Shown here piece after piece: positions 48,444 through 57,642 of a stretch of 64,000 nt of DNA. Under the pieces are notes generated by a model. The model saw only the letters and a list, made by a program, of their open reading frames with translations. It was not told the DNA's origin and searched no databases. The stretch lies in the IMG/VR virus record IMGVR_UViG_3300021139_001840, positions 32,792-96,791 of that record; one strand, given 5' to 3'. A program made the translations under genes and the position numbers. This stretch comes from a virus. Position 1 is the stretch's first letter, and every line of letters starts with the position of its first letter.

Positions 48444-49160
48444 ATGAGCAGAAAACTAACAATAGAAGCAGTAGTACCGAGATTTAAAAAAGTTCACAAT
48501 AATTTTTATTCGTACGATAATGTAATTTATGAAAAAATGTTATCTAAAGTATCTATTACTTGTCCGGCACACGGAGACTTTTGGCAAACGCCTGCAGATC
48601 ATTTATACGCACATGGGTGTCCCAAATGCAAAGGTGAAAAGTCATCATGTAAATGGGATGATATTATAGTTGCGTTTAAAAAACAGCACAATAATTATTA
48701 TCAATATGATAAAAACACTTATATTCGTGATAGCGTAAAGATGAAAATGACTTGCCCAGTTCACGGAGAGTTCTGGCAAAAACCAGGAGCACATAAACGA
48801 GGAAGTGGATGTAAAAAATGTACGGCCAACGGCGGGCCAGGAAAATATTGCGAAACAATTTTTAACAGAAATCCAAAACTTAAAAATACACCCGGAACAT
48901 TGTATTTTATTAATCTAAAAGATATTGACGGTACTACATTTTACAAAGTAGGAATTACAATGTCGTTGCATAATAGATTTTACGATTTTATTAAAAAAAA
49001 CAATGGTAAAATTTGTTGGACTAAAGAAGATACGCTGTATAATTGTTTTTTATTAGAGCAATCTATTTTAAAAAACAATAATATATTTAAATATAAACCT
49101 CAACTATCTATGGCAGGTAAATCAGAATGTTTATCAGAGGAAATTAAAAATGATTTTTAA
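48444..49160 (+). CDS. putative homing endonuclease (two CPxHGxFxQ zinc repeats + GIY-YIG-like domain)
   Basis: ITCPAHGDFWQ..H..GCPKC twice; LYFI..FYKVGIT. Confidence 0.75.
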   Translation: MSRKLTIEAVVPRFKKVHNNFYSYDNVIYEKMLSKVSITCPAHGDFWQTPADHLYAHGCPKCKGEKSSCKWDDIIVAFKKQHNNYYQYDKNTYIRDSVKMKMTCPVHGEFWQKPGAHKRGSGCKKCTANGGPGKYCETIFNRNPKLKNTPGTLYFINLKDIDGTTFYKVGITMSLHNRFYDFIKKNNGKICWTKEDTLYNCFLLEQSILKNNNIFKYKPQLSMAGKSECLSEEIKNDF

Positions 49161-49629
49161 CAAGGTTGCTGAATTATTAAAGCAAGGTAAGAAAATTGGC
49201 ATTACTTTTAGTACATTTGATTTAGGCCCACACGCTGGACATGTTGCCATGTTGTCTGAAGCAAAAAATCATTGTGATTATTTAATTTGCGGACTACAAA
49301 CAGATCCAACCATTGATCGTGCCGATACCAAAAATAAACCTGTACAGAGCATTGTTGAACGTCAAATACAATTGGCAGCTTGTCGATATGTTGATGAAGT
49401 GGTGGTTTATCAAACTGAGCAGGATCTAGTTGATTTACTGCTGATCCTGCCCATTGATGTCCGAATACTAGGCGTTGAGTATGAAGATAAAGAGTTTACT
49501 GGCAAAGGCGAATGTTATCGTCGTGGTATCGAATGTATATTCAACGATAGAGATCACTCTTTCAGTTCAAGCAGTCTTCGTAAACGAGTAGCAGAAGCAG
49601 AAACATTTAAAGTTCTTAAAAAGCCTTGA
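49150..49629 (+). CDS. cytidylyltransferase (TagD/RfaE-like)
   Basis: TFDL.HAGH, P.QSIVER..L.ACRYVDEV, SSS.LR. Confidence 0.85.
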   Translation: MIFNKVAELLKQGKKIGITFSTFDLGPHAGHVAMLSEAKNHCDYLICGLQTDPTIDRADTKNKPVQSIVERQIQLAACRYVDEVVVYQTEQDLVDLLLILPIDVRILGVEYEDKEFTGKGECYRRGIECIFNDRDHSFSSSSLRKRVAEAETFKVLKKP

Positions 49630-50858
49630 CTACACATACCGTTGCTCGAACTAAACTAGCATATCTTTCTCCCATGCCGCCAGAACGCAGCGGCATAAGT
49701 GACTATAGCTATGAACTATTGCCCAAACTTTCACAGTATTACAATATTGATGTAATTGTGCCTGAAGATACAAAATTTTATCATGAAACCAATGACAATT
49801 ATCAATATCGCAATCTAGAATGGTTTAAGGCAAACCACAATCGATATGATAGAATACTTTATCATTTTGGAAACTCAAATTTACATTGCCACATGTTTGG
49901 TTTATTAGACAATGTACCGGGTATAGTTGTACTCCACGATTTTTTCCTAGCTGAGGTTATAACCGGATTAGACCTAAGTGGGGTCATGACGGGTGCTTTA
50001 AATGATGCTTTATATCATAGTCATGGCTACCTTGCGCCGCCTGGTGTCGCCAAACTTATTTTACAGGAACAAGATAATGAAAATAATGTTTTGAATATTA
50101 TTTGGAAATATCCATGCAACTTAGGTGTACTTCAAAAATCTTTGGGAGTAATTGTTCATTCTGAAAGTTCGCGTCGACTGGCTGTACAATGGTACGGCAA
50201 AAATGCAGACGATAATTGGGCTGTTATTCCCATTTTACGTGAACCTAAAATACGTATTGATCGAGCTAAAGCTCGGCAGATTTTAAATTTAAATGAAAAT
50301 GATTTTGTTGTTTGTAGTTTTGGTTTTATCGGAGCTACCAAATTAAATCATCGATTACTCGACGCATGGCTAGCTTCGATCCTAGCAAAAAATGCCAATT
50401 GTGTTTTAGTATTTGTTGGGGGAAATGCGCACGGAGAATATGGCAAAGACCTTATTAATACAATTCGGCAAAGTGGTATAGACATTCGTATCACTGGATG
50501 GGTAGATACTTCTACCTTTCATCATTATCTTTCAGCGGCTGATATTGGAGTTCAATTGCGTACTCATTCACGTGGAGAAACTTCGGCCGCAGTTTTGGAC
50601 TGTATGAACTATGGATTAGCAACTATTGTTAATGCCAATGGCAGTATGGCGGAGTTAGCAGATGATGCCGTATGGAAATTAACGGACGAATTTAAAGACG
50701 CAGATTTAATAACGGCGATGGAAATCTTATATCAAAATGCATCTAAACGGCAACATTTAGGTGCCAAGGCACAAGAGATTATTAGTACTCGTCATTCTCC
50801 AGAAAATTGCGTCAACCAATATGTACAAGCAATCGAAACAATTTATCAAAAAAATTAA
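49626..50858 (+). CDS. family 4 glycosyltransferase
   Basis: SPMPPERSGISDYS, VLHDF, QLR..SRGETS. Confidence 0.85.
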   Translation: MTTHTVARTKLAYLSPMPPERSGISDYSYELLPKLSQYYNIDVIVPEDTKFYHETNDNYQYRNLEWFKANHNRYDRILYHFGNSNLHCHMFGLLDNVPGIVVLHDFFLAEVITGLDLSGVMTGALNDALYHSHGYLAPPGVAKLILQEQDNENNVLNIIWKYPCNLGVLQKSLGVIVHSESSRRLAVQWYGKNADDNWAVIPILREPKIRIDRAKARQILNLNENDFVVCSFGFIGATKLNHRLLDAWLASILAKNANCVLVFVGGNAHGEYGKDLINTIRQSGIDIRITGWVDTSTFHHYLSAADIGVQLRTHSRGETSAAVLDCMNYGLATIVNANGSMAELADDAVWKLTDEFKDADLITAMEILYQNASKRQHLGAKAQEIISTRHSPENCVNQYVQAIETIYQKN

Positions 50859-50881
50859 CTTAGAAATTTTTAAATAAATTC

Positions 50882-50910
50882 TTGACTTCAATTGAAAGTT
50901 CTGTTATAAT
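50882..50910 (+). promoter_or_regulatory. sigma70-type promoter, probably leaderless
   Basis: TTGACT-17-TATAAT with extended TG; ATG 6 nt downstream. Confidence 0.75.
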
Positions 50911-50916
50911 CATAAT

Positions 50917-51918
50917 ATGAAATATGTTCTTGTAGATACTGCTAATTTATTCTTTCGTGCTAGACACGGTGCTTACCGAGCTGGATCAGCTGAAGAAAAG
51001 GCAGCCTTTGCTTTGCACATTACAATGATGGCTGCTAACAAAATGGCACGCCGATTTGAAGCAAATCATGTAGTTTTTGCTTTAGAAGGACGCAGTTGGC
51101 GCAAAGATTTCTATAAACCCTACAAAGCCAATCGCGCTGTAGCAAGACAAGCACTTACCGAAGCAGAACAAGAAGAAGATAAAATGTTCTGGGAAACCTA
51201 TGATTCGCTAACTAAATACTTGTCTGAAAAGACCAATTGTAGCGTAATACGTTGCCCCACAGCAGAAGGTGACGATATCATAGCTCGTTGGATAGCACTA
51301 CATCCACAAGATGAACATGTCATTATTAGCAGTGATACTGACTTTGTTCAATTAGTAGCGCCCAATGTCAAGCAGTACAACGGAATAACAGACGAATTAA
51401 TTACAATAGAAGGAATCTTTGATGCTAAAGGAAAAGCAGTCATCGATAAAAAAACTAAAGAACCTAAGCAAATCCCTAATCCAGAATGGCTACTCTTCGA
51501 AAAGTGTATGCGCGGCGATTCGACGGATAACGTCTTCTCGGCCTACCCGGGTGTCCGTACTAAGGGCACTAAGAACAAGGTTGGCTTACAGGAAGCGTTT
51601 GAGGATCGAGCGAAACAAGGATACAACTGGAACAATATGATGTTACAGCGTTGGACTGATCCAGATGGCATCGAACATCGTGTGTTAGATGATTATACAC
51701 GCAATGTTACACTAGTAGATTTAACAGCACAACCCGAAGAAGTTAAAGCAACAATTGATGCTAGTATAAAAGAACAAATTAGTCATAAAGATATAGGGCA
51801 AGTGGGGGTAAGATTTTTACAATTCTGTGGCCGGTATGAGCTGAATAAATGTAGTGAATCAGCAGAATTATTTAGTAGCTGGTTAAATGAAACATATAAG
51901 GGCGTACTAAATGGCTAA
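50917..51918 (+). CDS. rnh: T4-type RNase H / 5'-3' flap exonuclease
   Basis: LVD..N, SWRK..YK.NR, EGDD, SSD.DF.QL, GDSTDNV. Confidence 0.9.
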   Translation: MKYVLVDTANLFFRARHGAYRAGSAEEKAAFALHITMMAANKMARRFEANHVVFALEGRSWRKDFYKPYKANRAVARQALTEAEQEEDKMFWETYDSLTKYLSEKTNCSVIRCPTAEGDDIIARWIALHPQDEHVIISSDTDFVQLVAPNVKQYNGITDELITIEGIFDAKGKAVIDKKTKEPKQIPNPEWLLFEKCMRGDSTDNVFSAYPGVRTKGTKNKVGLQEAFEDRAKQGYNWNNMMLQRWTDPDGIEHRVLDDYTRNVTLVDLTAQPEEVKATIDASIKEQISHKDIGQVGVRFLQFCGRYELNKCSESAELFSSWLNETYKGVLNG

Positions 51919-52099
51919 AGATATATTTTGGATTACAGTAACCTTTGGTATTTTGATAGCTGTGTTGGCTTTGGCTTTTTGGCCATCAGATAAAAATCAT
52001 GTTACATTAAAATATGATTGCCGTATGTTAATGGGCGGTTGGCATCCTGATTTCCCAGCCAAGGTAATAGAAGAATGTAGGCAAAGGAGTAGTAAATGA
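51911..52099 (+). CDS. small membrane protein
   Basis: N-terminal TM, two Cys. Confidence 0.6.
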   Translation: MAKDIFWITVTFGILIAVLALAFWPSDKNHVTLKYDCRMLMGGWHPDFPAKVIEECRQRSSK

Positions 52100-52935
52100 C
52101 CCAACGAATATTAATAATGGGATTACCGGGCTCAGGTAAAACAACATTAGCAGTAGCTCTTAAAAAGTATTTAGAAGAAAATGGCGAGATTAGTTATGCT
52201 CGTGCTTTACAAGAGCATATTGGCGATTACAAGTGTCAAGTTAATTGGTTTAATGCTGATGACATCCGCCGCAAGTACAACGACTGGGACTTCAGTAATG
52301 ATGGACGCATTCGTCAAAGTATCCGTATGTTCCAGTTCAGTATGGAAGCTGGTGGGGACTATGTTATTTGTGACTTCGTTGCGCCCTTGGTAGAGATGCG
52401 TAATAACTTCAAAGCTGACTGGACTATTTGGGTAGATACCATTCGAGAAGGTCGATACGAAGATACCAACAAGGTATTTGTTGAACCAGAACAATACGAT
52501 TTCCGCATTCCGGAGCAGGACTGTGAAAAGTGGGCAGAGTTTATCGGTGAGCATATTATTGCCAATCGCCGACGTCCTACATTTGATTGGAAGAAGGAAA
52601 CTGTACAGATGCTAGGCCGCTGGCAACCTTGGCACGAAGGACATCGTGCTTTATTTGAAAAATTAATTGCTCGCACAGGACAAGTTGTTATTCAAGTACG
52701 TGATGTACAAGGATGGCAAGGAAGTAATCCATTTGAAGTAGAAAAAGTTAAAAACTTTATCAAACGTGATTTAGATCCTATCTATCAAGGACAATACGAA
52801 ATACAAGTAGTACCAAATATTGTACATATTGGGTGGGGTCGTGGGGTAGGATATACATCTGGAGAAGAAACTTTTGATGAATCTATAACATCAATTAGTG
52901 CTACCAAAATACGCAAGGAGTTAGGCCTTGAGTGA
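52096..52935 (+). CDS. adenylylsulfate-kinase-like P-loop domain fused to HIGH-type nucleotidyltransferase
   Basis: MGLPGSGKTT, NADDIR, DFS..GR; LGRWQPWHEGH, ISATKIR. Confidence 0.75.
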   Translation: MTQRILIMGLPGSGKTTLAVALKKYLEENGEISYARALQEHIGDYKCQVNWFNADDIRRKYNDWDFSNDGRIRQSIRMFQFSMEAGGDYVICDFVAPLVEMRNNFKADWTIWVDTIREGRYEDTNKVFVEPEQYDFRIPEQDCEKWAEFIGEHIIANRRRPTFDWKKETVQMLGRWQPWHEGHRALFEKLIARTGQVVIQVRDVQGWQGSNPFEVEKVKNFIKRDLDPIYQGQYEIQVVPNIVHIGWGRGVGYTSGEETFDESITSISATKIRKELGLE

Positions 52936-53131
52936 TACTTCAGTTAGAAGTCTAGCCAAAGCAATTAGTTGGCGAGTAACTGGAACTTTGGATACATTTA
53001 TAATAAGCTGGCTTATTACCGGGCAGGTATTACTAGCTAGCGGTATTGCGTTCACTGAAATAATAACCAAAATATTTTTATTTTGGATTCATGAACGTGT
53101 ATGGAATAAAATAAAATGGGGTAATAAATGA
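52928..53131 (+). CDS. DUF2061-like membrane protein
   Basis: RSLAKAISWR...K..L...HERVW. Confidence 0.75.
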   Translation: MSDTSVRSLAKAISWRVTGTLDTFIISWLITGQVLLASGIAFTEIITKIFLFWIHERVWNKIKWGNK

Positions 53132-53580
53132 GTTTAATAGCAAAACCAGTAATAGATAAACAGTTTTGGATCTTACAAGAAGATAATAATAAAATTGGCA
53201 ATATTGAAGCTTGCGATGGCGGGTATCAAGTAAAAATTAACAATCAAGTTATAGCACAGTATAAAACAATTAAATTAGTTGAACGTAACATCAATGTACA
53301 TTTTGAACCTGCAATTAAAATAGAAAAGAAAAAACCAGCATCTTATTCAGTACATGGATTCCCCACTACTAGTCGTGTAAATAATCCTATGTGGGACGTA
53401 CCACAGAAGCTACCTGTCTATACTAAAACTAAAAAAAGTCGTAGTTGGCATGCCGCTGGGTGGTACACAGTTAAAAAAGGGCGCCACTGGGAAACTATGC
53501 AAGATCCAAAATTAATTTTACTACAAAGATACCCTTATAAGGGTCCGTTTCATACACCAGAGGAAGCAGAACCAAAATGA
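53128..53580 (+). CDS. hypothetical phage protein
   Basis: 150 aa coupled ORF. Confidence 0.7.
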   Translation: MSLIAKPVIDKQFWILQEDNNKIGNIEACDGGYQVKINNQVIAQYKTIKLVERNINVHFEPAIKIEKKKPASYSVHGFPTTSRVNNPMWDVPQKLPVYTKTKKSRSWHAAGWYTVKKGRHWETMQDPKLILLQRYPYKGPFHTPEEAEPK

Positions 53581-53951
53581 CTAATCCATTTAGAGACAGC
53601 GACAAATTTATGACAGCTTGCGAACAAACTATTTCAGGCGTCAACGACGACCAGTTTAAATTGTATGCCAAATTAATTACAGAAGAATATGATGAGCTAC
53701 AAGTAGCCATTGCTAATAAAGATGCTGTTGAAACTTTGGATGCTTTGGTAGATATTCTTGTTGTTACCATTGGAGCAATTAATTCCATGGGAGCAGACGG
53801 AGAAGGCGCTTGGCGAGAAGTAATGTCTACTAATTTTGCCAAGATTGATCGTCAGCTAGGAAAGGTCCGCCGCCGTGACGATGGCAAGATTCTGAAACCA
53901 GAAGGTTGGGAGCCACCCAAATTACAAAATTTCTTAAAGAGAGAACATTGA
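53577..53951 (+). CDS. MazG/PRA-PH-like nucleotide pyrophosphohydrolase
   Basis: LITEEYDEL..D.L.D..V, V..TNFAK, R.DGKILKP. Confidence 0.8.
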   Translation: MTNPFRDSDKFMTACEQTISGVNDDQFKLYAKLITEEYDELQVAIANKDAVETLDALVDILVVTIGAINSMGADGEGAWREVMSTNFAKIDRQLGKVRRRDDGKILKPEGWEPPKLQNFLKREH

Positions 53952-54160
53952 GCTTATATATAACCAAATTTATCGAAAGACTACGCGGTGCCGAAGCTAG
54001 GGGCGGCCGAGATTTCATCATGCCTTTGTCTGAAGCCAAAGGTGTACACGCTGATTTAACTGAGCTATTACTTGAGCTTAGAGCCCTGCAAACAGCCGCA
54101 TTAAAGCCCCAACAGGACCAAGTTATCGAACTTAAAATCGAAGGTGGCGGGTTCAAATAA
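53948..54160 (+). CDS. hypothetical protein
   Basis: Coupled TTGA start; ends EGGGFK. Confidence 0.6.
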   Translation: MSLYITKFIERLRGAEARGGRDFIMPLSEAKGVHADLTELLLELRALQTAALKPQQDQVIELKIEGGGFK

Positions 54161-54198
54161 ATGAAATATATAGGTATATTATGACTAAATAATATACT

Positions 54199-54801
54199 AT
54201 GTCGAAACCGTTTAAACCTACCTGGTTGTACATTAAGCAACATAATACTACCGGTCTAAAATACTTTGGAAAAACTATACGGGATCCTAACAAATATTTA
54301 GGATCTGGCGTACACTGGCAGGCACATCTTAATAAACACGGTCTAGATGTTACTACCGTTTGGTGTCAGCTATTCGATAATAAAGAAACATTAGTCGAAT
54401 ACGCTTTAAAATTTTCTACAGAAAACAAAATTGTCGAGTCAGCAGAATGGGCTAACATTAAACCCGAAGATGGATTAATGGGAGGTAGTTACGGTACTGT
54501 AAAAGAGTCCACTAGACAAAAAATTAGAGAAAATAGTAAAAACTATAGACATACAGAGTCTAGTAAAGAAAAGATTCGAACTGCTAGAGCAAAACAAGCG
54601 CCTACTATGTTAGGAAAAAAGCATAGTGACGAAACAAAACAAAAAATAAAAGATGCTAGAGCTAAACAAATAATGGTTCCACGAAGTGAGGAATTCAAAC
54701 AAAAAATATCGTTGCTCCACAAAGGTAAAAAGCGTTCTCCAGAAACTTGTAAAAAAATATCTGAAGCACGAAAAGAACTATTCAAAAGGAATTCTAAGTG
54801 A
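54199..54801 (+). CDS. GIY-YIG homing endonuclease with NUMOD3-like repeats
   Basis: LYIKQH..GLKYFGKT..YLGSG; HTESSKEKI, GKKHSDETKQKI, RSPETCKKIS. Confidence 0.9.
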   Translation: MSKPFKPTWLYIKQHNTTGLKYFGKTIRDPNKYLGSGVHWQAHLNKHGLDVTTVWCQLFDNKETLVEYALKFSTENKIVESAEWANIKPEDGLMGGSYGTVKESTRQKIRENSKNYRHTESSKEKIRTARAKQAPTMLGKKHSDETKQKIKDARAKQIMVPRSEEFKQKISLLHKGKKRSPETCKKISEARKELFKRNSK

Positions 54802-55085
54802 GTCGCCCTAAACCCACAATCCTAGCAGAACTTACAAACAAGCAAACATACAAAACTGAGCAAGTATTAGCTTCGGCTGGCGTATGGGCTGTTTATTTTG
54901 ACGGTAAGCCTGTCAATTTAAAAACATCCAATATGTTAGTGCAATATCCTGGACCAAAATATAAAAAGGTGTCTTTTTCAAATCCAGGACATGCCATTAA
55001 CCTTGCCAAAAAACTTAACACACAATTTAAAACTAACAAATTTAGTGTGGTGTTACTTAAACAAGGCGAACAAATATACCCTTGA
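54798..55085 (+). CDS. hypothetical phage protein
   Basis: MSRPKP..YPGPKYKKVSFSNPGHA. Confidence 0.75.
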   Translation: MSRPKPTILAELTNKQTYKTEQVLASAGVWAVYFDGKPVNLKTSNMLVQYPGPKYKKVSFSNPGHAINLAKKLNTQFKTNKFSVVLLKQGEQIYP

Positions 55086-55092
55086 TATTACT

Positions 55093-55461
55093 GTGCGTAA
55101 CAAACTCAAACTTACAGAACAATTAGTAAATCAACTCCCGGAAGAACAACGCATTAGCGTAGAATCAGCTAGAGTATCATGGTGGTATAATTTGCGTCCA
55201 ACTGGCGGACTTAGATTAACTCAATTAGGTTGGTTTGCTTTAGCCGATACATTAGACCTTGAATTTTATGAATATCGCATTGATGATCCTATGAAGTTTA
55301 ATCAGCATACAATACTAGACCTTGATAGAAAACTTCAAATGCCTTACTATATTATAACTACTAAAGGTGTACCAAAGTCTATTGTTTTTTTTGGTAGTAA
55401 AGAAGCAGTATTAGCTAATTTGTATGGTAGTCTAGAAAAATTTCTTGACAATTATAGCTAA
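55093..55461 (+). CDS. hypothetical phage protein
   Basis: GGLRLT..G; start probably GTG 55093. Confidence 0.65.
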   Translation: MRNKLKLTEQLVNQLPEEQRISVESARVSWWYNLRPTGGLRLTQLGWFALADTLDLEFYEYRIDDPMKFNQHTILDLDRKLQMPYYIITTKGVPKSIVFFGSKEAVLANLYGSLEKFLDNYS

Positions 55462-55490
55462 CGATGTTATACTTACAATGTAGTAAAGAT

Positions 55491-55566
55491 GGCCCGGTAG
55501 CTTAAAAAGTAAAGCGTCGAACTCATAATTCGGGGAGTGTGGGTGCAAGTCCTACCCGGACCACCA
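55491..55566 (+). tRNA. tRNA with CAT anticodon (Ile2 or elongator Met)
   Basis: Cloverleaf, TCGAA-CTCATAA-TTCGG, encoded CCA; C3:A70 mismatch, T-loop TGCAAGT. Confidence 0.8.
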
Positions 55567-55608
55567 AATGTCTTTAAGTAACAAGGCCTACCAGTACTAA
55601 ATAGATTT

Positions 55609-55824
55609 ATGGAACAGAACAAAAAACCAGTTGAACAGTATTATTACTCTGAAGAAGAGTGGAGCAGATTAGGTTGTGGTCCATTGCCAGCAATTCGGAA
55701 CCGATCAATACTAAATATACCTACTAATGCTCAATTGAGTTTTAGAGTGGTTAGATATATTAAGTATCACGCTACGCTTGTTTATATCAAATTGGTTGAC
55801 AAAATAGGTAAAATAGTAGTATAA
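55609..55824 (+). CDS. hypothetical protein
   Basis: 71 aa, TAAATA 5 nt upstream. Confidence 0.5.
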   Translation: MEQNKKPVEQYYYSEEEWSRLGCGPLPAIRNRSILNIPTNAQLSFRVVRYIKYHATLVYIKLVDKIGKIVV

Positions 55825-55852
55825 TAGTTTTTAATAAAGGAAGTAAAGTAAC

Positions 55853-56056
55853 ATGGCAACAGGTAAAGTAAAGTGGTTTAATGATGCAAAAGGGTTTGGA
55901 TTTATTACCCCCGATGCTGGTGGTGAGGAATTGTTTGCACATTTTTCCGCAATTAGCACAAATGGTTTTAAGAGTTTAAAAGAGAATCAAGCGGTAACAT
56001 TCGATGTAGTGGCAGGCCCTAAAGGCAAGCAAGCATCAAATATTCTTCCGCTGTAA
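55853..56056 (+). CDS. cspA: cold-shock protein
   Basis: [15 protein letters not shown] (RNP1), LFAHFSAI (RNP2). Confidence 0.97.
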   Translation: MATGKVKWFNDAKGFGFITPDAGGEELFAHFSAISTNGFKSLKENQAVTFDVVAGPKGKQASNILPL

Positions 56057-56106
56057 AGTATAGATCTAAGTAAAAAACAAGAATACTTAGACAAAGGGTT
56101 TAGTAG

Positions 56107-56500
56107 TGGCAGGCTTAAAAAGAGTATGCCACAAAACAGAAATTCGTTGAAGGTAGAAGTATAGCGATCAAGACTCGGGTGCAACTCCCGAATGGTCCAC
56201 CATAAGCATATTGCATAAAACCGGCTCACTCATCCGAGCGCAGGCAACCCAGTATGCTTTTGATGGGCCATAATTAGAATCGATTGGCGCTAAAGGGCTA
56301 CTGGAGGATCGGCAATGTAGAAGCCGTTAGGACTGGGGAAGCCTGGTCGGAGAAACAAAACTCGTAAATGCAAACGCAAATACAGGCGAAGTAACTGTTT
56401 CAGGTAAGAACGTTAAGTTCTCTGCTCGTACAGCACAACGCCAAACTTTAGCAGTTTAATCACTGCTTTGAGCAACTATGCTTCGAAACAGGAAATAGTC
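56107..56500 (+). ncRNA. ssrA: circularly permuted (two-piece) tmRNA
   Basis: Acceptor 3' piece GAC-TCGGG-TGCAACT-CCCGA-ATGGTCC-ACCA (to 56202) precedes 5' piece GGGCCAT (56265) with G3.U70; tag frame 56370-56459; outer ends approximate. Confidence 0.85.
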
Positions 56501-56501
56501 G

Positions 56502-56528
56502 AAAACGGCACTTAATTGTGCCGTTTTT
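56502..56528 (+). terminator. intrinsic terminator after tmRNA
   Basis: AAAACGGCAC/GTGCCGTTTT hairpin, T run. Confidence 0.85.
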
Positions 56529-56624
56529 GTTGAATATTGCGGTGTTTTGTGTTATAATTTACTGAGTTACAGGAAATAACACTAAATATTATTCTCCGTA
56601 GTACAACTTTTAAAAGGAATCAAA

Positions 56625-57113
56625 ATGAAAAAAGCAATCGTAGCATTAGCATTAGTAGCATTTACTGGTCTTGCATCAGCTGTTGAAGTTGGTGCGTTGT
56701 GGGATTGGGGTCACGGCACAAACGGTGGCACACGTCAAGCTGGCGGTGTATCTGTTGGTGACAAATTAGGCTCTTTAGATCCAAGTCTTGCTAAAGTTGG
56801 TGTTCAAGCAACTGCTGAACGTTCGACATCAGGTAGCCTTAATGTAAATCGTTATACAGCAAAAGCAAGTTATGATGTTATTACATTTGCTAACATTACA
56901 ACTAATGTTCACGCTGGTTTAGCATACATCGATCCGCAAAGCACCAGTTCTAAACTTGGTAACGGTACTTCTGCGTTAGTTGGATTTGGTTTTGCTTACC
57001 CAGTATACAAACAGGTTAGTTTGACTGCTGACTATGACTACCAAAAAAGCAACGGTGCCACTAAACCATTTAATGGCAACGTAATTACTACAGGTGTTAA
57101 GTACGCATTCTAA
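56625..57113 (+). CDS. outer-membrane beta-barrel protein (OmpA/Ail-like)
   Basis: Signal peptide ending ASA, amphipathic strands, C-terminal GVKYAF. Confidence 0.8.
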   Translation: MKKAIVALALVAFTGLASAVEVGALWDWGHGTNGGTRQAGGVSVGDKLGSLDPSLAKVGVQATAERSTSGSLNVNRYTAKASYDVITFANITTNVHAGLAYIDPQSTSSKLGNGTSALVGFGFAYPVYKQVSLTADYDYQKSNGATKPFNGNVITTGVKYAF

Positions 57114-57132
57114 TTTTATAATTAGAATATTC

Positions 57133-57156
57133 AAAAAAGCCCGCAAGGGCTTTTTT
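57133..57156 (+). terminator. intrinsic terminator
   Basis: AAAAAAGCCC-GCAA-GGGCTTTTTT. Confidence 0.9.
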
Positions 57157-57215
57157 GTTGACTTAAAATTCTATAGTACTTTAATGATACTGTTTAAGAT
57201 GTAAATAATTGCATC

Positions 57216-57470
57216 ATGCAAGCACTTTGGGATCGACATCCTGAATTACCTTATCGGGCTGTAGTACCTTGGCCCGAAATAGAACGCAACGGTAATTTAG
57301 ATTGGATAGCCAGTGTTGTAACTATACAGGATTGGCTTGAATCAACCGTAGGACCACATTATAGTCATTGGACTTGGGCCATGTGGACATTACATCAACC
57401 TAATTTATGTGGAGTTAGTTTTGCTCGAGATACTGATTCTACGCTATTTTTGTTAAAATGGAATCATTAG
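57216..57470 (+). CDS. hypothetical Trp-rich protein
   Basis: 84 aa, ends TLFLLKW. Confidence 0.65.
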   Translation: MQALWDRHPELPYRAVVPWPEIERNGNLDWIASVVTIQDWLESTVGPHYSHWTWAMWTLHQPNLCGVSFARDTDSTLFLLKWNH

Positions 57471-57483
57471 TTAAAAATAAAGG

Positions 57484-57512
57484 TTGACTAATAACCATAA
57501 ATAAACTATAAT
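57484..57512 (+). promoter_or_regulatory. composite sigma70 and late promoter
   Basis: TTGACT-17-TATAAT with TAAATA in the spacer. Confidence 0.8.
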
Positions 57513-57519
57513 ACATATT

Positions 57520-57642
57520 ATGAAATACATTAAATTAAATCATTCTTCGATACAACAGCCAACATTAGGCGGGCTAGGCTATTGGGCAGAAGATTGCTTA
57601 ATGATTAATAGCATTTGTGAACCAAACAAGGGTGTTAGTTAA
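57520..57642 (+). CDS. leaderless 40-aa leader peptide (candidate attenuator peptide)
   Basis: MKYIKLNHSSIQQPTLGGLGYWAEDCLMINSICEPNKGVS*; ATG 7 nt after -10. Confidence 0.6.
   Translation: MKYIKLNHSSIQQPTLGGLGYWAEDCLMINSICEPNKGVS

Noticed and set aside
54199-54830. 5'-end duplication between the endonuclease (MSKPFKPT) and the next gene (MSRPKPT)
   Set aside because: The similarity is short, and FKPT-like starts may be normal for this endonuclease type; chance cannot be excluded.
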